The position numbers and the translations under genes are program-made. 64,000 nucleotides of DNA, taken from the NCBI GenBank assembly GCA_964247055.1, contig OZ176054.1, positions 8,308,001 to 8,372,000 of the forward strand, in the 5' to 3' direction. The stretch's first letter is position 1. Each line of letters starts with the position of its first letter. Source of the DNA: Paragordius varius. Taxonomy: Eukaryota > Animalia > Nematomorpha. The notes under the pieces are model-generated. The model was given only the letters and a program-made list of their open reading frames with translations. It made no database searches and was not told the DNA's origin. This document shows, in pieces, positions 36,001 through 49,100 of this stretch.

Positions 36001-39000
36001 AAAAATTTATTCCTAATATAAATAAATGCATTAAATTGGGCTGTTACGAATAATGAATGGACCATTCAAAAATTTTGATAGATATAAAAAAACTTATATA
36101 AAACTCAAACCCAACTTAAAAATTTAAAATTTAACAAACTTTTATCCAACTTTGTTGTTATTACTATAGTATATAAAATATTTAAACAATTTTCTTTTCT
36201 TCAAATAAATTATACGGCAAAAATATTTCCATTTATAGTATCAATTTAAATGAGACTGCCTTATGAGCGTTAAATCGGTTAGGTTATTTTCTAAAACAGT
36301 CAAAAAAAACTTAAATCCATAATTTTTTAGAAATCTTAAATTAATATTTATAAAAATAAATACCTTTTGGATCATAATTTTTACGGATTATGACATCATC
36401 TGGACTTTTGGTAATTGGGGCAATGGGTTCATTAAAATCTGGTTCAGGGGTCGGTAATGTCTATAATTTGGTTAAAATTTGTTATTATCGAATGCTGGTT
36501 ATTTTATAATTTGATATTTTTTGTTCCATATATATAAATTTTAAATATACTAAAATGCATCTAATTCATAAATCAAAATTTTGTTATAGTTGAAGTTATT
36601 AAATTTTATGAGACAACTACTTATTATACACTAAACAGACAAACGGACACAAACATTTGTTTTTATGAAAAAAAACAACGATATTTTTTAAACCCTACTC
36701 CTACATTAACTATATAAATTTTGGAATATATAAATATATGTGTGTTCCAATATTTACATCTCTTTCGCTTTCATTGTAACCCAAAACGATAGGTTATATT
36801 CAACATTATCATATAGAAATATTTTATCTTTTTTTAAAAAAATTTGTCTAGATTTTGTATGTGTAATCTCAACTAATTATATATATAAACCTGATTAATT
36901 TGTGGGGATTCGCCAGGCTTTTCTGTTCCCATTTCCTCATCAATTATTTGCTAAAATATTGACACGAATGTAATTTTAAAAATATATTTGCTTTTTAAAT
37001 TTTTTATAAATATGACAATCAATAATAACAATTATTATTAATGGTGAATACCTGTGCAATATCAATAGCTTCTGTTTGGGTTGTGGAAATATTTTTTTCC
37101 TCCATACGTGCGAAAATCGACTTCTGTAAAGAATTAAATTTTATTAGATCGATTTTTGAAAATATATGATACATATATTTGTAGACAGCTAACTATACTT
37201 CAATTTATTTACTTAATTGTTTTCGTAATACCTAATAAACGATGATCAAAAATATGCAATTATTAGATATAAAATCGGATCATGATATTAATTTAATAAA
37301 GAATCAATTATACTTTAGACTTTTTACCAATGTTATTATTTTTTAAAACTAAATACTTAATAAAACATCTTACCATAAATTAATATGTACATGTTTTAAA
37401 TTAAACAAAAATATGGATTATATTACAAATATGAAACATTAAAAATTATTTATAAAATTACAATTTTGAAGTAATTGATAAAAATCGAATTTATAAAATA
37501 TATATAAAAATGATTTTTATCCTATTAACCAATTTAGAAAGTTTAGAAAAAAGTGTTTCGAGTATTTTTAACTACAATATACAAGCACTGGAATTTAAGT
37601 AAATTGAGAATATGACGTTGATTAGATGTGTTGATACTCCAAGTTGTTTTGGAGCATTTCGTAATTTATTGTGTTGGATGGAATCAAATGCTTTGGAAAA
37701 ATCGACAAAGCACATATGCAGTATTGTTGAATTCGATGTGTTTCTTTAGTATCCACCTCATATTACATATCATACCTCGGCATCCTCTACCTTTTCGAAA
37801 ACCAGCCTGAATCGTGGATATCTCGGGGTCAAGAATGGTATTTAGTCGAAACTGTATTATTTTTAGGAAAACTTTGGACACCTGGTTTATGAGCGCTATG
37901 GTGCGATAGTTGTCGCACAGTTCTGAGTTACCCTTTTTTAAAATAGAAATCATAATGGATGTGCACCAATCCTCAGGAACATCTCAAATATGGTTTGAAA
38001 TGATTTGGTACATATATTGATTGGGATATATTTTATTATTTCAGTAGGTGTGTCTCTGTGGCCCTCTGATGCCAGTAATAGAGTGTTTAATCGCAAGTTC
38101 TACTTCTTCTTTCATAATAGGTGGTTCTTTAGTATCAACACATCTAATCAACGTCATATTCTCAATTTACTTAAATTCCACGGCTGTAATATCTACACCT
38201 CACGGTATATCTGACTCATGTAAGGTATAAGTCGGCCTATGCCAAGGATGCGTTTTATCCCCAATTCTTTTTAACGCATACCTCGAATGCATAATAAGAA
38301 ACATCCCAGAAACTTATGGCATTAATGTAGGTGGAAACCTAGTTACATCCGTTTACTACGGGGATGATACAGTTTTATTCGCAGACAGTGTAGACACATT
38401 ATCGCAAGCCTTGCAAGTGTTTACAACTGAATGCAATAAATTTGGATTAAATATCAATTTTAATAAAAACAAAAGTTATGCAAATCAACCCGGCTCAAAC
38501 TAATCCAATAATCCTCAACGGCAATCAGATTGAAACAGTAGACAGTTAAACGTACTTAGGTAGCATTATTAACAGTGAGAACAACTCTACGCCAGAAATA
38601 AAGCGAAGAATTGCTATCGCTAAAGCAGTCACATTCAAATATAACAAGATTTGGACGTCGCATGACATTAAACTAAAAACCATATTCAGATTAATCAAAG
38701 CTGGACACTGAAAAAATATGACGAACGTCAAATAAATTCTTTCGAATTATGGGTTTGGAGGAAACTTCTCCAAATTAAATGGACAGACAAAATTTCAAAC
38801 ACCACTATTTTAAATAAAATTAACCCAGAAATGTTACTTCTAGGCAGCTTAATACGGCAAAAACTCTCCTTTTTCGGGCACATTATGAGAGCCAACTCAC
38901 TTGAAAAATCACTGATCCTGGGAAAAGTGAGTGGTGCTCGTAAAAGAGGGAGAAGACGAACTGATGGATAACATCCTCAAAGAAACCAATCAATCATTAT

Positions 39001-42000
39001 CCGAACTAAACACCAGATCCGGTAATCGCAGTGAATGGAAAAGTAATATTTTCAATGTTGCAGTTAGTCGGAATCGACCTAATCAACAAGAACAATAACA
39101 TACAAGCAGAAAACAAAACATAACAATCCAACTTTAATTATAGTTAAAAAATGGTGTTGAATAAAATAGTTTGCACAGAAATGGTAAGAAAAAGAGTCAC
39201 TAAACAACAAGGTCCGCCCAAAAAAAGTTTTTAATATACATATATTAACTAGACCTTTTCACTTTGTAAAGTTGTGGTTTTTTGCACACTTTGTTGCTGT
39301 TTTTGTGCCAATGCACTTTCCCGTTCCCGTTCTCTAATGGCAGCGAGATTAAGCGTATTCGTAGCCATCATATGTGTCGCAGTAGCAGAGGTGGCATCTT
39401 TCGTATCCGTTATTCCTGGTTCAGTCCCTAACCCAGTGGTAAGACCGGATTTAACCATCGTTGCTCCTAATCGATCTACTCAAATAAAAAAAATATATGT
39501 AAAGATAAAATATATATTTCATGAAAATGGAATCAATATATATAAGAATTTGCATGGGCGAAAAGGGAAGGATATATAAAGAAAAACATTTTCTAATAAT
39601 TTAATTAAAGAATCAAAAATATGCATAGATTATTGTATATGCCGGGTTTGAAACGATCACAGAGTTGCAATCGGTTAAACAAACTCATCTTTACTAAAAT
39701 GGGCCATAAAAGCTAAAATTACAAAAAAAATATGTGGCGAAACCGTATTTACAACAACTTATATAACAAAATCATTGTTATTTAAATGAAAATCCCATAT
39801 ACCATATATCAGGGGTGGCCAACGAGGTGACCGCGGTCACTTTCGTGACCGCGACAACTCAAAAGTGACCGCCTGAAAATATTTTTTTTTATAAAATTTT
39901 ATTGATTTTTTTCGGATAGTTGGCTACTTCTGAGCGAATTTAAATTTAAAATACAAAAAAATACGGTTTAAATTAAAAAAAACGTCTAAGAAAAGGGTGT
40001 AAAAAAATTATTTTATTAATTATAATTCATATGTTTTGGAGCATTTGCATTAAAACTTAAAATCAGTCATTTCCCTTGAATATATCAAAACTTTGAGCAA
40101 AGCTTATTCATAAATCAGAAGCATAATCGTGAAGTTAGATTTGATTTGATACACCAAAATTAGGTTTTTAAAACTTATATTTTAGAATGAGCCAAAAAAA
40201 GTTGTACAGATACAAAAAGATTGGGAGCATGAATACTTTTTTATTATGATAAATGAAACATGCACCTGTCTAATATGCAATAGTACTGTTGCTTTGCCCA
40301 AAAAGTCAAATATTGAAAGACATTATAGATCTCTGCATCCACATTACTCCAAAAACTACCCCTTACAAACTCAAGAACGCAACATTAAAGTAAAGGAATT
40401 AAAAGAACAATTATCCGCCTCACAAAAAAGCATACTTAAATACAACAAAGACTATAAAAATGCTACGATTGCTTCATTCAAGATAGCGGAAATACTCATT
40501 CGGAACAATAAGCCATTCCAAGATGGTGAAATATTTAAAGAAGCCTTTATTAGCGCTTGTGATATTTTATTTGAAAATTTTGATAACAAAAATAATATTA
40601 TGACAGCTATTAAAAGCATAAGCTTATCGAGAAATACCGTTATGCGCAGGGCTGAAGATATTAGTAATAATCTTGATGAAATTTTACAGGAAAATATTAA
40701 TAACTGTATTTTTTTTCCTTGCAACTCGATGAGTCCACCGATTATGTTGGAATCGCCCAATTATGCATTTTTATTCGTATGATATTTAGTGATTTATCTG
40801 CAAAGGAGGAATTATTAACTATAATACCTCTCCACGAACGAACCAGAGGGCAGGATATTTTTGATTCTTTTTATAAATTTATCACAGATACGAAACTTCC
40901 CATCGTAAAACTCGCATCTATAACTACTGATGGAGCTCCAGCTATGATTGGCGTTAACAACGGCTTTATCGCTTTATGTAAAAATCACAGTGCATTTCCC
41001 AAGTTCATTGATTACCATTGTATAATCCATAATCAAGTTTTATGTTCAAAAGTTTTAAAATACCATCATGTAATGAACCCCTGTTTTAAAATTGTTAACG
41101 CCATTCGAACAAAAAGCCGCCGCCAATTTCGAATTTTGTTAAATGAGTGCGGCGTGGAATATGGAGAACTTTTATTACATACTGATGTAAGGTGGTTGAG
41201 TCGTGCCGCATTTTTAATTAGATTTAGGCACCTTTTACCACAAATAAAATTTTTTTTAGAGAATTCTAAATTTTCATACCCTGAATTGAAAGATCAAGAT
41301 TGGCTGCTTGATCTTGCATTTTTATGCGATATCACGGAAAAATTGCATAAATTAAACATCCAATTACAAGGAAAAGATAAAACAATAATGGATATGATGG
41401 GTGCTTTAAAATCTTTTAAGGAAACACTAACAGTAGTAGAAACACAATTAAAAAACCGAGATTTAAAACATTTTTTTAATCTGGCAGTGGCTGAAAAAAT
41501 AGAGAATCTCTCTTTTGAAAAATATGCAGATGATATTGGTCTGCTTATTAATGATTTTGAAAAACGATTTTCATCTATAAATAAACTTGAAGACATCGCT
41601 ATTTTTTTATCATGCCCATTTAATAATAATAATAATAATGTTGAATATATTGCTCAAAAACTCAGCCACTTTCTTGGTGTACCAAATTTAGCAGAGTTGG
41701 AAGAGGAATTAATAAATGTTAAATGCGATATCCATCTAAAATCATTAGGATCAGATATATATAAATTTATAAATAAAGATAAATACCCCCATATTTGGAA
41801 AACCGCTGCATTATTCAATTCTTTTTTTGGATCCACATATTTATGTGAATCGGCTTTTTCAATTATGAATGCTATCAAAACTAAACAGAGGTCACAATTA
41901 ACTAATAAACATTTAGAATCATGTTTGAGAATTGCTTTGACTTCATTTGAACCTAATTTAGATAAACTGAATTTTTTCGCAGTCGGGCGTTTTAAATATT

Positions 42001-44627
42001 TTTTTCTTTATTAAATATGGATGTTTATCGAGTTGTATTTTCGCTTAGGAAAAAGCCGATTTACTAAAAAATATGTGGATAGAATTAAAACTGATACAAT
42101 TTTAATGTACTCTTATTTATGTTCAAATTATGGTTCTAAATTGGAATGCTATTTTTTATTTCTTTTATTTTTTGTATCATAATGTATTCTCCCCTGTAAT
42201 TTCAAATGCATTGTTTAAATTTTTATATTGTAAAATTTCATATAATAGAAATTTAATAAATAAATATTTTGAAGTGTTTTATGTTGGTTAAAAAATTAAG
42301 GTAGTTAATAACCCGTTGTCTTTTAATTAAAATTATTTTTGTATTTGGTTGATAGATAAAAAAAATTACAATTTTAAAATGGTTTAAACAAGTCACTCTA
42401 ATCTGTAAAGCAGGTATATACATCATTTAAAGTGTTGATTGAGTTTTTTTGATAAATATTTCTGGGTGACCGCGAACTCTTTTTTTAACAAAAAAGCCAA
42501 AAAAAAGCTCGCGACAAAAAAAGTGTGGCCACCCCTGCCATATATGTAAATGAAAATTTTTTAAATACGCACTCTTTTGTTCCTCCTCTTCGGCTCTTTG
42601 CCTTGATATGGCTTGAAGGCCGACCTCTTCAGGCGTAGTTGGCGCTGGGAAGTTTCCAACTTCATGAATCGAAAAATCGACCGTTTCCACAACCACAAAA
42701 TCATGCCAATCAATTGATGCATACGCCACTGTTTACATAAAAATATATTTATATATATGTATTAATCATTATTTAAATAAGATAAAAATCTTAATAGATT
42801 ATATCGCAATTTTAAATATTTGTACATTTAACCGATTCTATTCATAATAGAAAAATTATAAAAGTAGAAAATGAATTATGATATGACACATTGAGCCGTT
42901 TTTTTTCTAACTCAAAAAAAAATAGAATCTGTCACCCTTAATCATTTATATCCTAAAAACAAATAATGTATTTTTGGGCTAAATTAATTAAATATTTGTT
43001 TTTGAAATTTTCGCATAAAATACCAAAAACAAATATTTTATATTATGAGACTTAGTCTAGGAACACACGCAAACATCTCAATTTTGGGTTAACTTTGTCC
43101 GGAAACTCATTTTTATAACGTGAGAATAAAAAAACTCAAAGTTATGTTCAAGGGTAAGATTGAAGTGTTTATGGTATATAGCAAATTAATTATTTTTAAT
43201 ATCACTCCCTATAGAAACGAGTTTTGTCTTACATCTTTCCTTTTCAGCCAAATCATCAGCCATCTGTTTTTCCTTTTGACAATGCCGGACATGGAGGGCT
43301 CGCTTTTTGATTTCGGCCACAACACAACGTTGATCTTTTAGTTCTCGGTCAAGGCGTTCAACCATATCTTTGGGTGGTAATAGGACCTAGTTTTTAAAAT
43401 TAAGAAGATTCATTAGGATTCCAATATAAATGATGTAATAATTTTATAATATAAAAAAGCGCAAGAAAAGTTTTCCTTATATTTGTGTAAATTTTTAATA
43501 TAATAAAAAAAACCATAAATAATCACCTCTGCTTTCAATTTTATGGTGTAAAAAAGCTTAACAATTTATTATAAAAAAGTTATTTGACAGTTTTTTGAAA
43601 AAAATAAATTTATTCGCTTAAAAAATAGATTTAAAAAATAAACTTTAGTGTATTGTTCCACCAATTTGGTGAAATAGTTAAACAAACTATGCTGTGGACG
43701 TAAAAAATCAAATTGATAATTTTTTGATTCTCTGTGCATCAAACTTGTCAAAAACTGTCTTCCATTCCGGGCCACAAATTGGGCAGTTAGCTTGACAATG
43801 TCCCTAAAATCCATAAATTAACAACTAAAATTTTAATAATTTTAAAAGATAAAAAATATTTAATTTACGAATTCTGATAAAATCTCCAATTGTGTACAAA
43901 TAAAAGAAAAAATTTTGATATCGAAAGCGGTAATAAATAAATGAAGAAATCAGATAATTCAAGATGCAATTTTGTTTAAATATATTTCGTTATTGTAAAA
44001 TATAAAAGACGTTAAACCACTAATATTTCAACCGTATATACAGTTTCATATTAACTGATATTATGCATTCATCATTCAAATATCAAAAAAACCATCTTAA
44101 AAGGTAATTTTAGGCTCATTACAAATATATAATATTTACAAATCTTGGGCCGATATCGAAGGAGGTTCCGTAGAAAACTCATATTCAGGGGGCGTTTCCT
44201 TTGGCATTTCCACTTCAATGGCATCATATATAGAAGTTATTTTTCGGACTGGTATAAGTTTTTTCACAAAATCTTGATTGGAAATCGAAGGTTGTTTAGC
44301 TATGTCCAAACCTGCTAAATTAGCTTGATTCTGTTGTTCGAGTTGCTGTTGTTGTTGGGTGAATTCGTTAATTTTGAATTTATAATATGCATTATAAGGG
44401 TCAGTCAAATTTAGGAAATTAAATTTGACATTATTCTTTTCATTCTCTTTAATTCTTGATTCGAATTCAGGACCTAATCTAGTTATTAAATTATATACCA
44501 TTTCTTGCTACAAAGCTTGCAGTTTTATCAACAATATCTAAAAATTTATATAAAAAAATTAACTTCTTAACTCTGGTGGTGGATAAATGATCCCAATAGT
44601 GGGTTTGTCGATCTGAGCTTGAACCAT
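30080..44627 (-). CDS. SF3A1: Splicing factor 3A subunit 1 (Prp21), 15 exons, ~812 aa
   Basis: Exons 44627-44564, 44537-44499, 44473-44140, 43803-43644, 43386-43233, 42728-42573, 39475-39255, 36460-36364, 35911-35807, 33128-32956, 32698-32454, 31299-30885, 30520-30419, 30327-30256 and 30181-30080, all phase-consistent. Two SURP domains, YASIDWHDFVVVETVDF, LISPITGEKIP, LAERRTDIFG, and a C-terminal UBL ending LKERGGRKK. Confidence 0.96.
31631..31800 (+). mobile_element. tRNA-derived SINE, second copy (in SF3A1 intron 11)
   Basis: GGTGTGATGGTATAATGG...AACACCGAAACTACGCAA...CTGTCAGCCCTG...CGAGTGTTAA...GATACAATT...AAAAGGGAAAAAA, colinear with 17519-17693. Confidence 0.7.
33210..35476 (+). mobile_element. 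Tandem non-autonomous Helitron array in SF3A1 intron 9: units 33210-34267, 34268-35324 and a 152-bp unit 35325-35476
   Basis: Three A|TCTATATATTTATAAAAATGG 5' ends, a single 3' hairpin (35443-35465) followed by CTAG|T (35473-35476), and ~515-bp internal subrepeats. Confidence 0.88.
37588..39099 (+). mobile_element. RTE-clade LINE, 5'-truncated with a 5' inversion (37588-38130 minus; 38131-39099 plus)
   Basis: RT motifs KKGNSELCDNYRTIALIN, QAGFRKGRGCR, GLCQGCVLSPILFNAY, YGDD and the RTE C-terminus RANSLEKSLILGKVSGARKRGR. 9-bp TSD ATACAAGCA at 37579-37587 and 39100-39108; AAC-rich tail. Confidence 0.88.
39810..42537 (+). mobile_element. hAT DNA transposon, Buster/SPIN/Charlie (GTF2IRD2-like) group, in SF3A1 intron 6
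   Basis: 12-bp perfect TIR CAGGGGTGGCCA and 8-bp TSD CCATATAT (39802-39809, 42538-42545). Transposase 40187-42014 has a BED finger, LDESTD, TTDGAPAM, HCIIH, RWLSR and YLCESAFS, with two -1 frameshifts. Confidence 0.95.
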
Positions 44628-44802
44628 GTTAATAAAGTGCAAAAAAGTAATTATGCTGATTGAAATTGTTGAATTAATTTAAAAATTAATATAAGAAGAG
44701 ATCCCTTTTCTTAATACATCTTGATTAATTTTAATATTTATACATATTAAATATATATTCTGCTCATCGGACAAACCCTGCTTTGTTGGACAGGTATGTA
44801 AA
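44628..44802. promoter_or_regulatory. Putative bidirectional promoter SF3A1 / INTS2 (175 bp between ATGs)
   Basis: Divergent start codons at 44627 (-) and 44803 (+). Promoter function is inferred. Confidence 0.5.
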
Positions 44803-47800
44803 ATGTCTTTTGAAAATTTAATTTCAGATTTAAAAAAATTACATGATTCGCATAAATACAAATATAATACCTTACAAACTTTTCCCATTGATATAATATT
44901 AGAAAAGTCAAATAATGACAAATTTTTTATTTTATACGAAGAACTTATCAAGATATACACTTTAAAATTAGATTCTTCTTATTCAAAGATATTTGACAAT
45001 TCCTTATATTTAAGCGAAATATCTAATATATTGTGCTATCTCTGCGAAATTTTAACAACTTTTAATATTTGCTCTTTAAAGATATTTATCAATTTATTAA
45101 TAAAATTACATTACGGTCCCTTTTATATTAACGAATTGATAAAACGGTTTCCCAACTACCTTAAACCCATCATTACTTATCTAATCGAAAATGAATCTGA
45201 GTTCGCCTTAAAAAAGACCATATTAAATATTTTTATCACCCTTATCCAATCGGATTATGGACTGTCCCATAATGTTTTGGAGGCTTTGTATGAAGAACAA
45301 TCACCATTCCTATACTTTGCCCTGGTATTGAAATATATTAGGGATTCAAAAAAATTGTCTGTTTTACTCACTGTTTTAACCAATATTTTATCCATAAATA
45401 CCGAGGGACGATGTGTCGGATGGATTATGAGCCTATTAAAACGTGAAGGGCAATCATTATATGCCCCATTTATTAATTCTTTTAATCAATGTATATACCA
45501 ATCATTACATACTTATCTTAATCAGAAGAGTCCCAATGAGGACAATGAAGAATCCAAAATTGTTATTTGTGGTATATTGCGTTTATGGTGTGCTTGGAAA
45601 ATGCAGCTAAACCATCAATGGACTTTGGATGAAATTGCATGTTACCACCAATTTTTCATTTCTCATTTCGGAAATTTTTATCCTAGTTATGTATCACTCA
45701 TGCTATACAACCCAAATCTGTTAAAAGATGAATTCGTAAACTCAAATTCTCATTTATTCCCTGAACTGTATAAGAAAACTTTACAGACTAGCATTATTGA
45801 TATACTAACATCATCCAAGTATCATGTGAATGATGAAGACAAAAATTTTATTTTACACCTAAGTTTGCTATTAAACACGAGTAATGTGGATATGCATGAA
45901 TTGTCAAATTTAGTGTCCCAAAAAATTGGTATACGTGTCCATGTAAAACCAACTGTTTTAACTAAATTTAAAGCTTTTGTTGACATAAATATACCCCAAA
46001 ACGACTTGATGCGACAATGTTTCGATTCATTAGATGTTATACAGAATTTAAATGCGCATACTAATTTACATGAGTTGACAAACTTGTCCATATTGATGGC
46101 GCTATTCAAATCGGCCGCAAATGAAATGATTGTATTTAATGAGGAGCATTTCGCCTTGCTTAAACGATGGTTGGTTAAACAAATCAAAAATTGTTCCGTT
46201 CCAATAAATTCACTAATCATACATATCATTCAGGGATATATACATCAAATTTTGGCGTTTGTCAAAAAAATTGGTTTAGGGACCAAGTCAAAAAACTTTT
46301 ACCGTGTTAAAACGATACTAGATGACATCCTTATCGGAGCTAATGAAATAGACCAAATTTTTGGTAATTTTTTCGCCAACGCCAGTAATGAAAGCGTAAC
46401 AACTGAAACCTATACGCCATACATCCTATTTGTATATTATGTTTTGTGGTTAGAAGATGCGTTCATAGAACCAAATTCAAGTTTTTATATGCCAGAAATG
46501 GCTATTGAAAGAAATTTGGTAGGTTTAATCCACAAATTGCCCATAAACAATTTGTTACGTACCATGCTTTTCACCGATCAAGAAGATAATTACACCTCTA
46601 TCCTACCAATTTTTTTGGGTCTCATAATTAAAAATCATACCTATACATTTTCGGTTGAGGAATGGATGGCTAATAGTAACTCCATGAATCCAAATTTTTT
46701 TCATAATATTTCTGATGATAACAGTAATATAGCTTTTAAATTTGGTTTAGATAATATAGGTGCACGTTCCATATCTCAAAAAGTCACCTCTTATATTAAA
46801 ACAGATACGATTACCGATAAAAATTTTATTAATCTACTAGCTATCATCAATCCTATTTTGGAATTTGTTGATCAAGTGGATTTTTTTCAATTTTGTAACG
46901 TGAAATTAATGAATTTATTGAATGGGAACAAAGTTGGAGAATCTATAAATACCCCGGTATCCTTGCCTCTCCTCCAAACATTACAACATAGTTGTTTGCA
47001 ACATTTGAACAACAAACATACAAAATTTGACAGCATTCAAGCTCTAACACCCATAACCAATGTACATGACACAAAATCTTCCAACATATTTTCATCGACG
47101 CTAAAAAATGAAAATTCAGATAATTTAGTAAACATGTATAGGAAAGTAGCTGAGCTATCGTTGGACCCATTGTTAAGCCTTAAACATTCCGATAACCTAA
47201 TGAGTGATTCCAAATTTTTGCGTTCCACCATCCAAGCCTCTGATTATTGTTTAAAACTTTCTGCTCAATTTTATACCAAATATCTCTTGCATAGACCCGA
47301 TTCGACAGCTAACACACTGGTAGATTATCATAAAAATCCGGTTGACCGTTCTGAAGCCATATATAATTTATTGTACTTGCAAAATTTATTACAAATCCAA
47401 ATTCTCATTGAATTATGTGCAATGGATTGTAAAGTGGTCACAAATGATTATGGCAAACTGTATCTCCAGCTTTGGAAAACGGAATATCGAACCATTATAT
47501 GCAGTTATTTGCATCAAAGGTTCATTGATGACCCGAGATTGATTAAAGATGTACATACACAGGGGTATGATGTTTCCATTATACCTACCCTTGTTTCACA
47601 TGTCCCCTCCCTGCATGTTATTATTGATCTTGTACCAGAGCTTGTTTTGCAAGACACTTTGGTACAAATGAAACTGTTTGGCCTGTATTTGGTTGCTTAT
47701 TTAAGCCGTTACTACACTTTACCTAAATTCATGGATGTTGCTTCATTGTGCCTTACACCACTGTCAGCGCTCATCAAAGACCCTGTGAATGATTCTGGTT

Positions 47801-48120
47801 TAACGACGGAACAAAGAGCAGAGTTTGGTGTAAAATGCTTAGTGGCCTTAAATATCTTATGTGAATCATTTCCAGGCTTCTTGTCTGACGTGTATGCCAT
47901 TTACGAATCCGTGGGTAAATTGTTATACGCCCTAAGTGAAAATAATAGCTTTTGTGACAATAGTTTACTAAGCTATCCTCACCAAACGACAACATTTACC
48001 AATAAACATGGTATTTATGGTACAACTACCCTCCTCTCCTCTAAATTGGATTGGTTTGAAATGAATGAAATGTTGAATGAATCATTCAAACAATTTATCA
48101 TTATATATAATTGTCTGTGA
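44803..48120 (+). CDS. INTS2: Integrator complex subunit 2, single-exon ORF, 1105 aa
   Basis: C-terminal block LQIQILIELC...ICSYLHQRFIDDPRLIKDVHTQGYDVSIIPTLVSHVPSLHVIIDLVPEL matches the INTS2 signature; overall length fits. Confidence 0.85.
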   Translation: MSFENLISDLKKLHDSHKYKYNTLQTFPIDIILEKSNNDKFFILYEELIKIYTLKLDSSYSKIFDNSLYLSEISNILCYLCEILTTFNICSLKIFINLLIKLHYGPFYINELIKRFPNYLKPIITYLIENESEFALKKTILNIFITLIQSDYGLSHNVLEALYEEQSPFLYFALVLKYIRDSKKLSVLLTVLTNILSINTEGRCVGWIMSLLKREGQSLYAPFINSFNQCIYQSLHTYLNQKSPNEDNEESKIVICGILRLWCAWKMQLNHQWTLDEIACYHQFFISHFGNFYPSYVSLMLYNPNLLKDEFVNSNSHLFPELYKKTLQTSIIDILTSSKYHVNDEDKNFILHLSLLLNTSNVDMHELSNLVSQKIGIRVHVKPTVLTKFKAFVDINIPQNDLMRQCFDSLDVIQNLNAHTNLHELTNLSILMALFKSAANEMIVFNEEHFALLKRWLVKQIKNCSVPINSLIIHIIQGYIHQILAFVKKIGLGTKSKNFYRVKTILDDILIGANEIDQIFGNFFANASNESVTTETYTPYILFVYYVLWLEDAFIEPNSSFYMPEMAIERNLVGLIHKLPINNLLRTMLFTDQEDNYTSILPIFLGLIIKNHTYTFSVEEWMANSNSMNPNFFHNISDDNSNIAFKFGLDNIGARSISQKVTSYIKTDTITDKNFINLLAIINPILEFVDQVDFFQFCNVKLMNLLNGNKVGESINTPVSLPLLQTLQHSCLQHLNNKHTKFDSIQALTPITNVHDTKSSNIFSSTLKNENSDNLVNMYRKVAELSLDPLLSLKHSDNLMSDSKFLRSTIQASDYCLKLSAQFYTKYLLHRPDSTANTLVDYHKNPVDRSEAIYNLLYLQNLLQIQILIELCAMDCKVVTNDYGKLYLQLWKTEYRTIICSYLHQRFIDDPRLIKDVHTQGYDVSIIPTLVSHVPSLHVIIDLVPELVLQDTLVQMKLFGLYLVAYLSRYYTLPKFMDVASLCLTPLSALIKDPVNDSGLTTEQRAEFGVKCLVALNILCESFPGFLSDVYAIYESVGKLLYALSENNSFCDNSLLSYPHQTTTFTNKHGIYGTTTLLSSKLDWFEMNEMLNESFKQFIIIYNCL

Positions 48121-48449
48121 TTACATACACACAAATATGAATATATATATATAATGTTTACGTAAAATAAATATAAAAATAATATTTTTTTAAAAATTTC
48201 AATTTCTTTTTTTGTGTAGACTTACAACTGGCTGATAATCCTAAACTAAAATGTCAACTGTAATAACAACTTTACCGATAAATCCAAGTAAATTGTGATA
48301 TTTCTATTTTGTATAAATTAGCTTAAAATAATATACATCAAACGTTTAATATTTAGGCCAAGATAAACAATTAATTTTCTGTATTAACAATAACAAAAGC
48401 TGATGGGTATTTTGAACAAAAGATTTATTCTTGCAATGTTCTAACCTCT

Positions 48450-49100
48450 TAAAAAATATGATCCCAAATTATAACTTTTCTATATTCATAAAACGGCCCT
48501 CGTTAATTTTCCTGATATGCCCTTGCGTACTATCCGCATCTTTTAAAAATTCATTTAGCCACTTATTATATAACATATTTTTTGTCGCCCCATGCATTTT
48601 TATGGTCATTCATTTTAAACAAAATATAAAGCATACTTGGATCTTTGTTCTTATTTAACAAATTTAAATCATTTATTGTGCATACATTACATTATAATAC
48701 GGTGTTTACATTCTTGGTTATTAAAATTTTCTTACGATTGCTTTTTCAATTTTATGGTTAAATGTTATTGTCCTTTAGTACTGGTTATTTTTTAATACAC
48801 TCGGTTTTGTATATGTTTTCCGGTACTCATTTTTTAATTTGTAAATCAGGGTTTCGCATATGAATAATTTTATATCCATTATTACGTTTATTGTTTTCGT
48901 AAAAAGCGTATTTGCTTTATTTTTAATCAGAATTTAACACTTGCATCAGCGATCGGAACTTTTTTTCTGTGCTCAGAAAATTTTAATGGTTTTTTTTTCG
49001 TTTGTTGGGGTGTTTTTTTCTATAATCTGGGACTTAGTTTGGTGATAAAGGGTAAAATAAAATCTGTAGAGCATACTTGGGTAATATCGGGAATTTAAGC
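48450..49100 (-). pseudogene. Possible decayed Penelope-like element (RT thumb / GIY-YIG remnant)
   Basis: Fragments LPFITKLSPRL and NIYKTEC resemble PLE LPY..KLS and VYKI.C motifs; heavily disrupted. Confidence 0.25.

Noticed and set aside
40452-47995. Antisense ORFs over the transposase and INTS2 (also 14500-14727, 27826-28125, 31038-31241, 39274-39579, 62012-62218, 63200-63388)
   Set aside because: Shadow ORFs opposite real coding sequence.
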